NCBI GenBank assembly: GCA_036479435.1
Contig: JAZGFI010000277.1
Location: 11,247 to 75,246, forward strand
Origin: Planctomycetota bacterium
GTDB taxonomy: Bacteria; Planctomycetota; GCA-002687715; DRQF01
DNA: 64,000 nucleotides
Direction of reading: 5' to 3'
Under the pieces are notes generated by a model. That model was not told the origin of the DNA and searched no databases. It worked only from the letters and a program-made list of their open reading frames with translations. This document shows, piece by piece, positions 1 through 8,444 of this stretch (positions are counted from its first letter, which is position 1; each line of letters starts with the position of its first letter). The translations under genes and the position numbers were made by a program.

Positions 1-1758
1 CTCGACGCGAGTCTCAGATTCTTCGCGCTCTGACGCCTTCACCAAATCCAAGATCGTCGGCAGAAAGTCGATGTTGCGCGTGATGCCTTGCACGGAGCGA
101 CCGCCAAGTTGACCGGCCGGCAATCGAACGATAAAGGGGATTCGGGTCGACTGATCGCCGCCGAAGAAGTTAGTGCCATGGCCCAAGGTCGTGCCCGGTT
201 CGTAGAGATCTTCGCCGTGATCTGACATCACGACGACAATAGTGTTTTGGTCCAAGCCAGTGCGTTTGAGATGTCTTAGGACTCGGCCCACTTGGTCGTC
301 AAACTGACTGACCCCACCATCGTAAAGCGCAATGATGTGGTCTTTCTCTTTCTGGGGAACGATCTGGTCGAAGCCGTGCTGGATGAAGTCGTCGACGTCG
401 AAGGCGACCTGAAAACGGTTCGGGCCGCGATAGTCGGGTGACACGAACTTCTGATTCCAAGGATGCGAGACTTTGAAAGGCAAATGGGTTGATGCCAAAA
501 ACAAGACGCCAAAAAAGGGCTTGCCCTTTGAGGACGACTCATCGAGCCGATCCAAAAACTTTGTCGTCAAGTGGCCCGGATGCAAATAGCCCGTGGCCTG
601 CGCCATCAAGGGGATGATGTATTCGCCAAACTGGTTGCTGAAAAAATGGGGCACCAAGGGGTGCGTTCTAAACGCCACTTCGGCCAAGAACACATCGAGG
701 TTTTGGACGTCGGAAGTCTCGGTGTGGTCGAAACCAAAATCAGCGAGCTTGAAGCAGTTGGCCGCCCAGTCCCCCACCACGGTCGAGCTGTAGCCCCGTT
801 CGCGAAGAAGGCGCGGGAGCGTGGATTTGCTGTTCTCAACTTGTGCCACCTGTTCCTTCGAAGCGAACATGTAGCGCAAGTGGTGATTGGCGGGATGAAG
901 CCCGGTCATGAACGAAGTCCATGACTCCAAGGTGCTGGCCGTGCCGACATGCATTTGATGAAAGTCGATAGCCTCACGCGCCATCGCATCGATGTTCGGT
1001 GAGGTGTCACGCGCGTAGCCGTGACAACCGAGGTGGTCGTAGCGCAGCGAGTCGCATCCCAAGACGATGATGTTCGGGCGTGGCACGGGAAGGTGCTGAA
1101 CTTCGACGCGCGACCACATGTAGAGCAGGATTGCGCCGCCGACCACAGAACCCAGGAGCAAGCCGACAAGAGTTCGGGCCCAAAACTTCGCGTTAACCAC
1201 GAAACGCATCAACGCGCCAAGGGCATCGATGATCAGCAGCAAGAACAAACCCGCCGAAATGACGGTGAAGGCCTCTTGGATGTGCCAAGTCTTGAACAAG
1301 TAGACGTTGATCATCGGCGAGACATCCCGCGCTGCGATAACCGCGAGATTGTCGAGCGACCCCGGCCCAAGGTAGGTCATCGGACCAAAACTAAGGATGA
1401 AAATGCCTAGATTCCACAGAAAGGCCGAAGCTATCAAACGCAGAAAGCGAGGTCGCCAAGCAGGGCTCTTGCGAGCTCGGATGCGCTGAAATCGCCGCCG
1501 CGCTAGCGGCCACGACAAACTCGCCGTCGTCAACCAGATCAAAGCGTAGGCCGGCAACAAGACCAGTTGCACCTTGATGACCGTACTCATGTGGTCTTCG
1601 CGTGCCGACTTAGCGAAGGCGTTGTCGAGGCTCGCCGCGACAAAAGCGAAGAGCCCAAAGCCAAGGGCAAAGATCGCCAGCGAGATAAGAAGATGGCAGC
1701 TGAACCAGCGCCTCAACGACAGCAGGGCTTTCGGATTTGGATCGGCTTGACCCGTCAT
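1..1758 (-). CDS. Membrane-anchored sulfatase-like (alkaline phosphatase superfamily) hydrolase/transferase; 3' end runs off the window
   Basis: Absent from the ORF track because there is no stop in the window. Manual translation from ATG 1758 gives several TM segments, then RPNIIVLGCDSLRYDHLGCHGYARDTSPNID, TASTLESWTSFMTG, THLP, YDGGVSQFDDQVG and NTIVVVMSDHGE. Confidence 0.88.
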   Translation of the reverse strand, partial: MTGQADPNPKALLSLRRWFSCHLLISLAIFALGFGLFAFVAASLDNAFAKSAREDHMSTVIKVQLVLLPAYALIWLTTASLSWPLARRRFQRIRARKSPAWRPRFLRLIASAFLWNLGIFILSFGPMTYLGPGSLDNLAVIAARDVSPMINVYLFKTWHIQEAFTVISAGLFLLLIIDALGALMRFVVNAKFWARTLVGLLLGSVVGGAILLYMWSRVEVQHLPVPRPNIIVLGCDSLRYDHLGCHGYARDTSPNIDAMAREAIDFHQMHVGTASTLESWTSFMTGLHPANHHLRYMFASKEQVAQVENSKSTLPRLLRERGYSSTVVGDWAANCFKLADFGFDHTETSDVQNLDVFLAEVAFRTHPLVPHFFSNQFGEYIIPLMAQATGYLHPGHLTTKFLDRLDESSSKGKPFFGVLFLASTHLPFKVSHPWNQKFVSPDYRGPNRFQVAFDVDDFIQHGFDQIVPQKEKDHIIALYDGGVSQFDDQVGRVLRHLKRTGLDQNTIVVVMSDHGEDLYEPGTTLGHGTNFFGGDQSTRIPFIVRLPAGQLGGRSVQGITRNIDFLPTILDLVKASEREESETRVE

Positions 1759-1868
1759 GCTCGGATTCCTGCTCTCGGTCGAGGGGGCTGAGAAACAGGA
1801 TAGTACGCGCGATGAGACGGGCCGGCAACGCGCACAGATTGGGGCCCCGCCCCAAGGCGACCTAAGCG

Positions 1869-3266
1869 TTACTGAGTCGCCAACAGCTCCCGCCAACGGG
1901 CAAGAGAAGCCGCCTGCTGATCTCCGGCCACGAGCGGGTCATAGCCCATGAGATCGCCTCGCCATTCTTCGAGTTGTTCCGCGAGATCTGAGCGCTCTTC
2001 CAAGGCACCCTTGAGCAAACCCTCCAAGATCCGTTCGGAGGCGGGGCCTTTGGCCTTAGACGCCAGGCCCAGCCCTAGACGAAAGCTGGCTACGGCCGCG
2101 GTGTTTCGCAATCTGGGGGCAGCTTTGAGGTCGCTGACAAAAGCGAGCAGGATCGTGCCGACGGTTCTCTCGCCCGATTTCATCGGCCCCCCGACCTGAC
2201 CGCAGGCGCGAGCCGCGGCGATCACCACGCCTTCGTCCGCATCGCTAAGAGCTGCCGTCAAGGCTGCCCTTGAGTCTTGATCCTTCAAGCGGCCCAGAGC
2301 CTTCGCCGCGCGCGCTCGAACGGAGGCGTCTTGGTCGGATTGCAGCCGCTCGCGAAGAAGGCCGCGGGCCGATGAACTCGTGATACGCTCCAAAGCCTGC
2401 ACACCATAAGCGCGAAGCTGCTGATTGCCGCTGGGCGCATCACCACTGAGGCGATCTTTGAGATGAGCCACCGCCAGGTCACCGAGCTGCCCGAGGCTTC
2501 GCCGTGACTGCTCCATGAACAAAAACTGATGTTGACCCAACACATCGACCAAAAAGGCAACGCGGCGATCGAGTCCTTTGTCTTGGCCCTTCGTTGGCAA
2601 CTTGCCTTTTCCTAACAAATGCTCGGCGGCGTAGTCGCCCCACTTCTTCGCCGCGATCTGTTTGTTGGTCCATCCACCGTCGGTACTGAAGCCAAACTCT
2701 TGCGAGGTCAAACGGCGCAATTGCGCGGCGGAGGCTTCATTCTCAAGAGCTTTCCCCTCAAGTCCCTTCAACAACACCGGGATCCCCTGGTCACCACCTA
2801 AAGTCCACAGCGCGGCGGCAGCGTGAACCCGCACCACGGGATGACGATCATGAATCGCGGACAAAAGATCGGGAATCGCTTCCACAACCTTCAGTCGTTC
2901 GATGGTCATCATGGCCGTCCAACGCAGTTCAGCGCGCTCGTCCGGACCGCCGTAGGGGCTCTCCTCGACATGGTATCCCAGAGCACTTTTATCGGGTACT
3001 GCGATAAAAGCCTGCTGAGACTTGTCCTTCATCACCCGCAACAAGCCTTCGACCTGGGCCGCCGACAGCGGTAATCGAAGGGCCTGCAAGTCCAAGAGAC
3101 GCCGTTCCAAGGGCCGTGATTCGTCGATGAGCGCAAGCTCGACAAGGTCGAGGTCGGGTTCCGATAGAGAATCCTCTTGGGGTCCGCAAGCGAAACCCAA
3201 AATCAAGCTCAGAGCCAAGGATAAGCACAGCCGGCAGCGTCGCGGCCAAGATCTCGCACTAACCAT
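1869..3266 (-). CDS. HEAT/PBS-lyase repeat lipoprotein
   Basis: Lipobox-like LILGFAC. Repeated HEAT units (DRHPVVRVHAAAALWTLG, DQDASVRARAAKALGRL, DADEGVVIAAARACG). Start placed at ATG 3266, which overlaps the upstream stop. Confidence 0.8.
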   Translation of the reverse strand: MVSARSWPRRCRLCLSLALSLILGFACGPQEDSLSEPDLDLVELALIDESRPLERRLLDLQALRLPLSAAQVEGLLRVMKDKSQQAFIAVPDKSALGYHVEESPYGGPDERAELRWTAMMTIERLKVVEAIPDLLSAIHDRHPVVRVHAAAALWTLGGDQGIPVLLKGLEGKALENEASAAQLRRLTSQEFGFSTDGGWTNKQIAAKKWGDYAAEHLLGKGKLPTKGQDKGLDRRVAFLVDVLGQHQFLFMEQSRRSLGQLGDLAVAHLKDRLSGDAPSGNQQLRAYGVQALERITSSSARGLLRERLQSDQDASVRARAAKALGRLKDQDSRAALTAALSDADEGVVIAAARACGQVGGPMKSGERTVGTILLAFVSDLKAAPRLRNTAAVASFRLGLGLASKAKGPASERILEGLLKGALEERSDLAEQLEEWRGDLMGYDPLVAGDQQAASLARWRELLATQ

Positions 3267-4539
3267 CGAGATACACCTTTGTCTCCGACACCAACACGGC
3301 ATCGTCATCAAGCAAATGAGGGTTTAACTTGTAGAGCAATTTGAGTTCCACTCGACCCGGACCTGAGAAAGGCAGTTCGAACCAGATGAATCGAGACTCA
3401 CCGCTGAGCAACTGCGTTGAATCTGGGTAGTAAACTTTGCGCCGTGGCCGATGCTCGGGCGCCAAGCGTAGCTGCGACAAAGTCAGCGGGTGACCATCCC
3501 AGGTCAGGCTGTTGCTAAGCACTTCAGCGGCGCGGCCCTCGAAGGGGTTTTTTTGAAACTCGTGGCGATAGGGGTTCCGAAATCGAGTGAGCCGAAGGCG
3601 CTCGCCACCGGGTTGCTCTTCCGGAAAAAAGCGCACCACGACGTCTCCGGCGCGGTGGCGTTCGTCATCCGGAAAATTGTGGCCGGTGCCCGAGTTTTCA
3701 ACCTGCAAGATTAAGATGCGCGCCGCAGCGCCAGCTTTTTGGTCAGATCCCTTGCCGCGCCAAGTGCGGGTTGAGAATCGCGCTATCGCTGCGCCGACGG
3801 TCTCGCCGGGTTCGAGAAGAGTCGCCCGCAGGATCGCGGCCGTTCTCAAGATAGAAGGATCGTGACCGCCGCCGAAAACGTGGCTGCGGTGCGTGCTGCG
3901 TTCGCTGCCGACGGTAGGGGGGCCCGGCATGACGGGCATGTGGCAGTCGTTACAGTCTTGGTAAGCCTCGCCCTTCACCGCGAAGCGACTCTGCAACCAG
4001 TTCTGGTGTACTTTGTGCTGATCGTGACAGGGCGCACAGAGCGTCATCTCGGCCAGCGGCTTCCAGGTCACCGGCTGGCAGGGAGCCTCACTCGCGGCGG
4101 ACGTAAGCGCGTTCGGAGTGAGGATCGCGTTGCGGTAGCCATGGCAAGTAAAACAGTTGACCCCGTCATCGCGCCTCGATTCGCGCTCGAGAGCACGGGC
4201 TCCGAAGCCCACGTCGAGCATGGGACGCGGTGCGTGGCAGGGGATGCAGTCTTTGTTTTTGAAGTTGTCGGAGAGGCCTTTGCGACGAGGCTCGGGGTTC
4301 AGCCAAGCGAACTCGTGGTGGGAGCTTTTCCACTCGGCGTAGATCGCGGGGTGACAAGCCGCGCATTGGTCGGAGGTTGTCAAGAGCTTCGTATCAAAAC
4401 CACCATCAGGGGGAGGTCCAAAGCCCTTGACAGCTAAAGAGGTCGGTGCTTCCTTGGGTGCCGTAACCAGGTAGTAGCCCACGCCGAGGGCCAAGCCCAA
4501 AAGCACCACACCCATCAAGATTCGCAGCGGAGCGCTCAT
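3259..4539 (-). CDS. Pentaheme c-type cytochrome with N-terminal membrane anchor
   Basis: Five CxxCH motifs (CAACH, CIPCH, CFTCH, CAPCH, CNDCH). c554-like CxxCH-x-IYxEW start, GTGHNFP motif and N-terminal hydrophobic helix. Confidence 0.9.
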   Translation of the reverse strand: MSAPLRILMGVVLLGLALGVGYYLVTAPKEAPTSLAVKGFGPPPDGGFDTKLLTTSDQCAACHPAIYAEWKSSHHEFAWLNPEPRRKGLSDNFKNKDCIPCHAPRPMLDVGFGARALERESRRDDGVNCFTCHGYRNAILTPNALTSAASEAPCQPVTWKPLAEMTLCAPCHDQHKVHQNWLQSRFAVKGEAYQDCNDCHMPVMPGPPTVGSERSTHRSHVFGGGHDPSILRTAAILRATLLEPGETVGAAIARFSTRTWRGKGSDQKAGAAARILILQVENSGTGHNFPDDERHRAGDVVVRFFPEEQPGGERLRLTRFRNPYRHEFQKNPFEGRAAEVLSNSLTWDGHPLTLSQLRLAPEHRPRRKVYYPDSTQLLSGESRFIWFELPFSGPGRVELKLLYKLNPHLLDDDAVLVSETKVYLDG

Positions 4540-5582
4540 GAACCTTCTCCCTCATCTGCCACAGCCCAAGGTAGACCAACAACTCTCAAGGCCAAGGTCG
4601 CGCCCACTTGGCGAGCTTGCCGGTCTTTAGCTCTAAGGACCTGACCGTCGATCTCGACCTCGCTGAGGTAGTAGTCTCCTCGGAAAATCGATCGACGCAC
4701 GGCTGCACTGACTCCACCGTCGAAAGACTCGGCCTGAACTTCCAACATCCCCTCGCGCAAGACGAGCTGGACAGTACGACCGTCTGCAACCTTGTTCTCA
4801 GCTGCAGGTGCAAAACGTCCCAAGGCCGAAACGAGTTTGCCATTCTCGACTTGGGCTGGCATCAAGGCTCCAGCGCCGACAAATTCGGCCACAAAACCCG
4901 AAGCGGGGCGCTCAAAGATCTCTTCGGGCGTTCCAATCTGTTCGATGCGTCCCGCGCGCATCACGCCGATCCGGTCCGCAAGCTCAAAGGCCTCTTCTTG
5001 TTGATGCGTGACGTAGACCACGGTCATGCCGCGCTCGCGCACGAGCTCAAGTAGAAAGTCTCTCAGCTCTCTAGCCACCGTCGGGTCCAGCGACGACATG
5101 GGCTCGTCCATCAAGATCAGATCTGGCGAGGTCGCCAAGGCTCGTGCCAAAGCCAGCCGTTGGCGCTCTCCGCCCGAAAGCTGATCGGGCTTTCGGTTCG
5201 CCAAGTGTCCGATGTGGCAACGCCCGAGAGTCTCTTGGGCTTCCGGGTGGTTCTTTTTGCTGCCACCGAGGGCAAAGGCGAGGTGGGCAATGGCGCTGAG
5301 GTGCGGCCAAAGAGCCAAGTCTTGGAACACAAAGCCGAGTTTACGTTGAACGGCCTCGACGAAAGTCGACTCGCTCGTGACCAGCTCTGCTCCCAGCTTG
5401 ATGCTGCCGGATTGGGGACGCTCAAGACCGGCGATGGATCGCAACAGAGTCGTCTTGCCGCAGCCCGAGGGGCCCAGCAAGACAAAGAACTCTCCGGGCT
5501 CTACCACGAGGTCAACGCCCAAAAGCGCCTTCGTCTTACCGAAGTCTAAAGCGAGCCTTTTGATTTCGACGCGACGACTCAA
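4536..5582 (-). CDS. ABC transporter ATP-binding subunit, FbpC/PotA type with TOBE tail
   Basis: Walker A GPSGCGKT, signature LSGGERQR, Walker B LILMDEP, H-loop VTH. TTG start overlaps the permease stop (TTGA). Confidence 0.92.
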   Translation of the reverse strand: MSRRVEIKRLALDFGKTKALLGVDLVVEPGEFFVLLGPSGCGKTTLLRSIAGLERPQSGSIKLGAELVTSESTFVEAVQRKLGFVFQDLALWPHLSAIAHLAFALGGSKKNHPEAQETLGRCHIGHLANRKPDQLSGGERQRLALARALATSPDLILMDEPMSSLDPTVARELRDFLLELVRERGMTVVYVTHQQEEAFELADRIGVMRAGRIEQIGTPEEIFERPASGFVAEFVGAGALMPAQVENGKLVSALGRFAPAAENKVADGRTVQLVLREGMLEVQAESFDGGVSAAVRRSIFRGDYYLSEVEIDGQVLRAKDRQARQVGATLALRVVGLPWAVADEGEGS

Positions 5583-7192
5583 AGCAGTTCGACCTTTCTG
5601 CCCGAAAAGAGCGCAAACAAACTGAGCGGCAACAGAGCGAGGAGACCGATCAGAACGCACAGGGCGGCCACCTCTTCATCCCGCGAAAAGTGAACCATGT
5701 TAAAGACTCGCGACTGTGCGGTTTGCCATTGGTCCGGGTTCACCATGAGACCCGCCACCAGTTCTCCGAGGGTGAGCACGAATCCTAAGAGCGCTGCCGC
5801 AATCAAGGCGGGACGAAGCATCGGCAACAAGATGCGAAAAAAGATCGCGGTACCGCTACGACCAGAGATCTCTGCGGCTTCGGTTGCTGACGCCGGAATG
5901 CGGGCCAAGGCGGTGCGTATACAACGCACCGCAAAGGGTAAAAACAGAGTGAGGTAGGCCAAGATTGGCAAACCAAGTCCGCGGTAGACAAAAGTGTCAA
6001 TGAACGAGATGGACTCAAATCGGCCCCAAAACAGATTCATCGCCACGCCGACGACGGCAGCGGGAAGGGCGAAAGCAGTCAAGGCTAGCGCTTCGATGGC
6101 GAATCCACGGCGCGGGCCAAGGCGCCGGCACAATAAAGCGATGGGCAGTGCTGCCGCGACCAGAACGAAGGCGGAAATTGTCGAGAGGATGAGTGAGGCC
6201 CGAAGGTCGGTGATGGTGTTTTGAAAGATGAAGCGGTAAGTCGCCAGGCCTCCGGCCTTCGCCACGAGCGAAAAGAAAGGCCAACCTGCGGTCACGGCGA
6301 TCAGGCCCCAAACGTAGATCGCGGCTCCGATTGATTTGGGTCGCAGCGCATCGGCAAGGGGCCGCGCGTGCGCGGTGCCGCGAAAAATCTCGCGCCCGCT
6401 TGACCAGGCAACCCAATAGAGCGCGGCCAAAGTCGTTAGGACTAAGGGAAGTGCTACGACGGCAGCACTGACGTTGTCGACTTGACTGGCGACGAAAAAC
6501 ACCTCGACCATGATCACCGGCGTGTCGAGCAGCTGCGGGATCGCGTAGCAGGTCGCGGCGAAAATGAAGACAAAGAAGCCACCAGCCAAAACGTGACGGC
6601 CGATCTCGGGCCATACGATTTTCCAAAAAGTCCGCCACGGTCCGGCCACCAGGCGAGCTGCTTCTTCGCGTCGCACGTCGGTTTGGGCAAAACCGCTTGA
6701 GATCAAAAGTGCCGCGAGGGGCCAAAAGGAACAAAAGGAGATCCAGGTCGTACCCGGAAAAAAGGTCTCGGTGCCCGCAATCTCCAAAAAGCCCTGACGG
6801 ATCGCAAAGTTCCAGTCATGCTGCTCGAGCCACTGGCTCAGATATCCCTGCCGCCCCAAGATCCGCATCCAGGAAATCGCGTGAATGTGGGGCGGAATCA
6901 ACAAAGGGGCGATGTAAAAGATGCGCGCCGCTGAACGTCCCAAAAAGCGGCGGCGGTGAAAGAAGTAGACCAAGGGCAAGGCGACCGCAACCGACAACAA
7001 GGCCGTGCCCGCGGCGAGTACGATGGTGTTGACGAGCCGGTCCAACAAGACGCCGTTGATACGATCCCAGCGCTTCGCGACATCGCCGCTAAGAGCGGCG
7101 GGAATGAGGCCGAGCAAAGGCGTCAAACTCAACGCGAACACGATGCTCGCTAAGACGCCCACAACTCCAAGCTTTGTTCCCGCCCGCTTCAA
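5579..7192 (-). CDS. ABC transporter permease, FbpB type (two fused TM domains)
   Basis: Many TM helices and two EAA loops (REEAARLVAG, TEAAEISG). Confidence 0.9.
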   Translation of the reverse strand: MKRAGTKLGVVGVLASIVFALSLTPLLGLIPAALSGDVAKRWDRINGVLLDRLVNTIVLAAGTALLSVAVALPLVYFFHRRRFLGRSAARIFYIAPLLIPPHIHAISWMRILGRQGYLSQWLEQHDWNFAIRQGFLEIAGTETFFPGTTWISFCSFWPLAALLISSGFAQTDVRREEAARLVAGPWRTFWKIVWPEIGRHVLAGGFFVFIFAATCYAIPQLLDTPVIMVEVFFVASQVDNVSAAVVALPLVLTTLAALYWVAWSSGREIFRGTAHARPLADALRPKSIGAAIYVWGLIAVTAGWPFFSLVAKAGGLATYRFIFQNTITDLRASLILSTISAFVLVAAALPIALLCRRLGPRRGFAIEALALTAFALPAAVVGVAMNLFWGRFESISFIDTFVYRGLGLPILAYLTLFLPFAVRCIRTALARIPASATEAAEISGRSGTAIFFRILLPMLRPALIAAALLGFVLTLGELVAGLMVNPDQWQTAQSRVFNMVHFSRDEEVAALCVLIGLLALLPLSLFALFSGRKVELL

Positions 7193-7195
7193 GGT

Positions 7196-8326
7196 TCAGC
7201 TGCGCTTTCTAATCAGGAACACCACGATCATCGCCGCGAAGGCGCCCAAGACTAGGTAGAGAAAAAGGCGGCCTTTGTCGCCCGACTCTTCAGATCCTTG
7301 GCCTTCGAATTCGGCTTGCAACCATTCGCCGTGGAGCGTGATCATCTTGGCAACGTCGTTCCAGTCGACTTCCATCGCCTTGATGTCTTCTAAACGCAAC
7401 ACGCTGTCCGGAGCGCTGACACCGGGATGAAGCGGAATTTGGGCCGAGCGACCCGCCGCGAGTTTCTGCTCGACTTCGACCGAAAGGAGGTAGTCGACGA
7501 GTTTCTTGGCATTCGAGAGATTCTTGGCCCCCGCAATGATCGCGACCGAGTTCGGGATCACCAGGGTTCCCATTTCGCCATCGCCTTGGTCGGGGATGAC
7601 CATGGCGGTGGGTTTGTTGTTGATGAGGGCGACGTTCGCATCGTCGGTGTCGGTCCAAGACCAGTGATACTCGCCCTCCCCCACGGCTTTCATGCTCATC
7701 GCATTGCCACGCGAGAAGTAGATCTGACGTTTGCGGATATCTCTGAAGAACTGTTTGGCTTTCTCTTCGCCCCAGACTGAAAACAAAGCGGCGGCATGGG
7801 TCAAGGTTGTGCCCGTGAGCGGCTTGGCCATGCTCATTTTGCCATCCCAACGCGCGTCGAGAAGATCGTGCAAGCCGCGAGGCAAGGGGTCGTCGCCCAT
7901 AAGGTCTCGGTTATAAATCAAAACGCGAGCGCGAGCGGCGAAACCCGTCCAGTAGCCTTCTGGGTCTTTGAAGCCGGCGGGAATACTCGCAGCGTTGGGG
8001 GCTCGATAAGGCTGCAAGAGGCCCTCGTTCTTCAGCCGGATGGTTTGGGCGAGTTCGTTGTTCCAGTAGACATCGCAGCGCGGGTTAGACCGCTCCGAGA
8101 TGATGCGGTTGACGAGCCCCACGGTCTTGGTGGCTTCGGTGTCGAAGGTCCACGCGACTTTGATGCCGGTTTGCTTCTCGAAGCTAAGGAGTACGGCTTC
8201 TGAAATGGGCCGATCCAAACTGCAGTAGCAGTTGACCGTTTTTTGAGCTGAAGCCGAAGGGTTACACAGGCCCCCGCAAAAAACGAGAATTAGGGCCGCG
8301 ATCCAAGTAGGCAGTGGGGTGTCCAT
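7196..8326 (-). CDS. Extracellular solute-binding protein (FbpA/FutA-like fold) with C-terminal TM anchor
   Basis: GGAGG RBS before ATG 8326 and a signal peptide. FEKQTGIKV, DPEGYWTGFAARARVLIYN and IPNSVAII motifs. C-terminal RLFLYLVLGAFAAMIVVFLIRKRS. Confidence 0.88.
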   Translation of the reverse strand: MDTPLPTWIAALILVFCGGLCNPSASAQKTVNCYCSLDRPISEAVLLSFEKQTGIKVAWTFDTEATKTVGLVNRIISERSNPRCDVYWNNELAQTIRLKNEGLLQPYRAPNAASIPAGFKDPEGYWTGFAARARVLIYNRDLMGDDPLPRGLHDLLDARWDGKMSMAKPLTGTTLTHAAALFSVWGEEKAKQFFRDIRKRQIYFSRGNAMSMKAVGEGEYHWSWTDTDDANVALINNKPTAMVIPDQGDGEMGTLVIPNSVAIIAGAKNLSNAKKLVDYLLSVEVEQKLAAGRSAQIPLHPGVSAPDSVLRLEDIKAMEVDWNDVAKMITLHGEWLQAEFEGQGSEESGDKGRLFLYLVLGAFAAMIVVFLIRKRS

Positions 8327-8444
8327 GCCAATCCTCCAAGCAAAATGAGAGCCAAGGGCGAATGATTCCCAAACCCCGCTCCCAGGACAAGATAGGACGC
8401 TGAGGCTGCGAAGGCTCGTTACCAGAGGGTAACGAAATGACGAA

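Noticed and set aside
276..1951. Short ORFs in the track over 276-1951
   Set aside because: Shadows of the minus-strand sulfatase-like CDS, which the track omitted because it has no stop in the window.
8340..8370. Fur-box-like AATGAGA...AATGATT upstream of the SBP
   Set aside because: Only half-site resemblance, with no convincing 19-bp inverted repeat.
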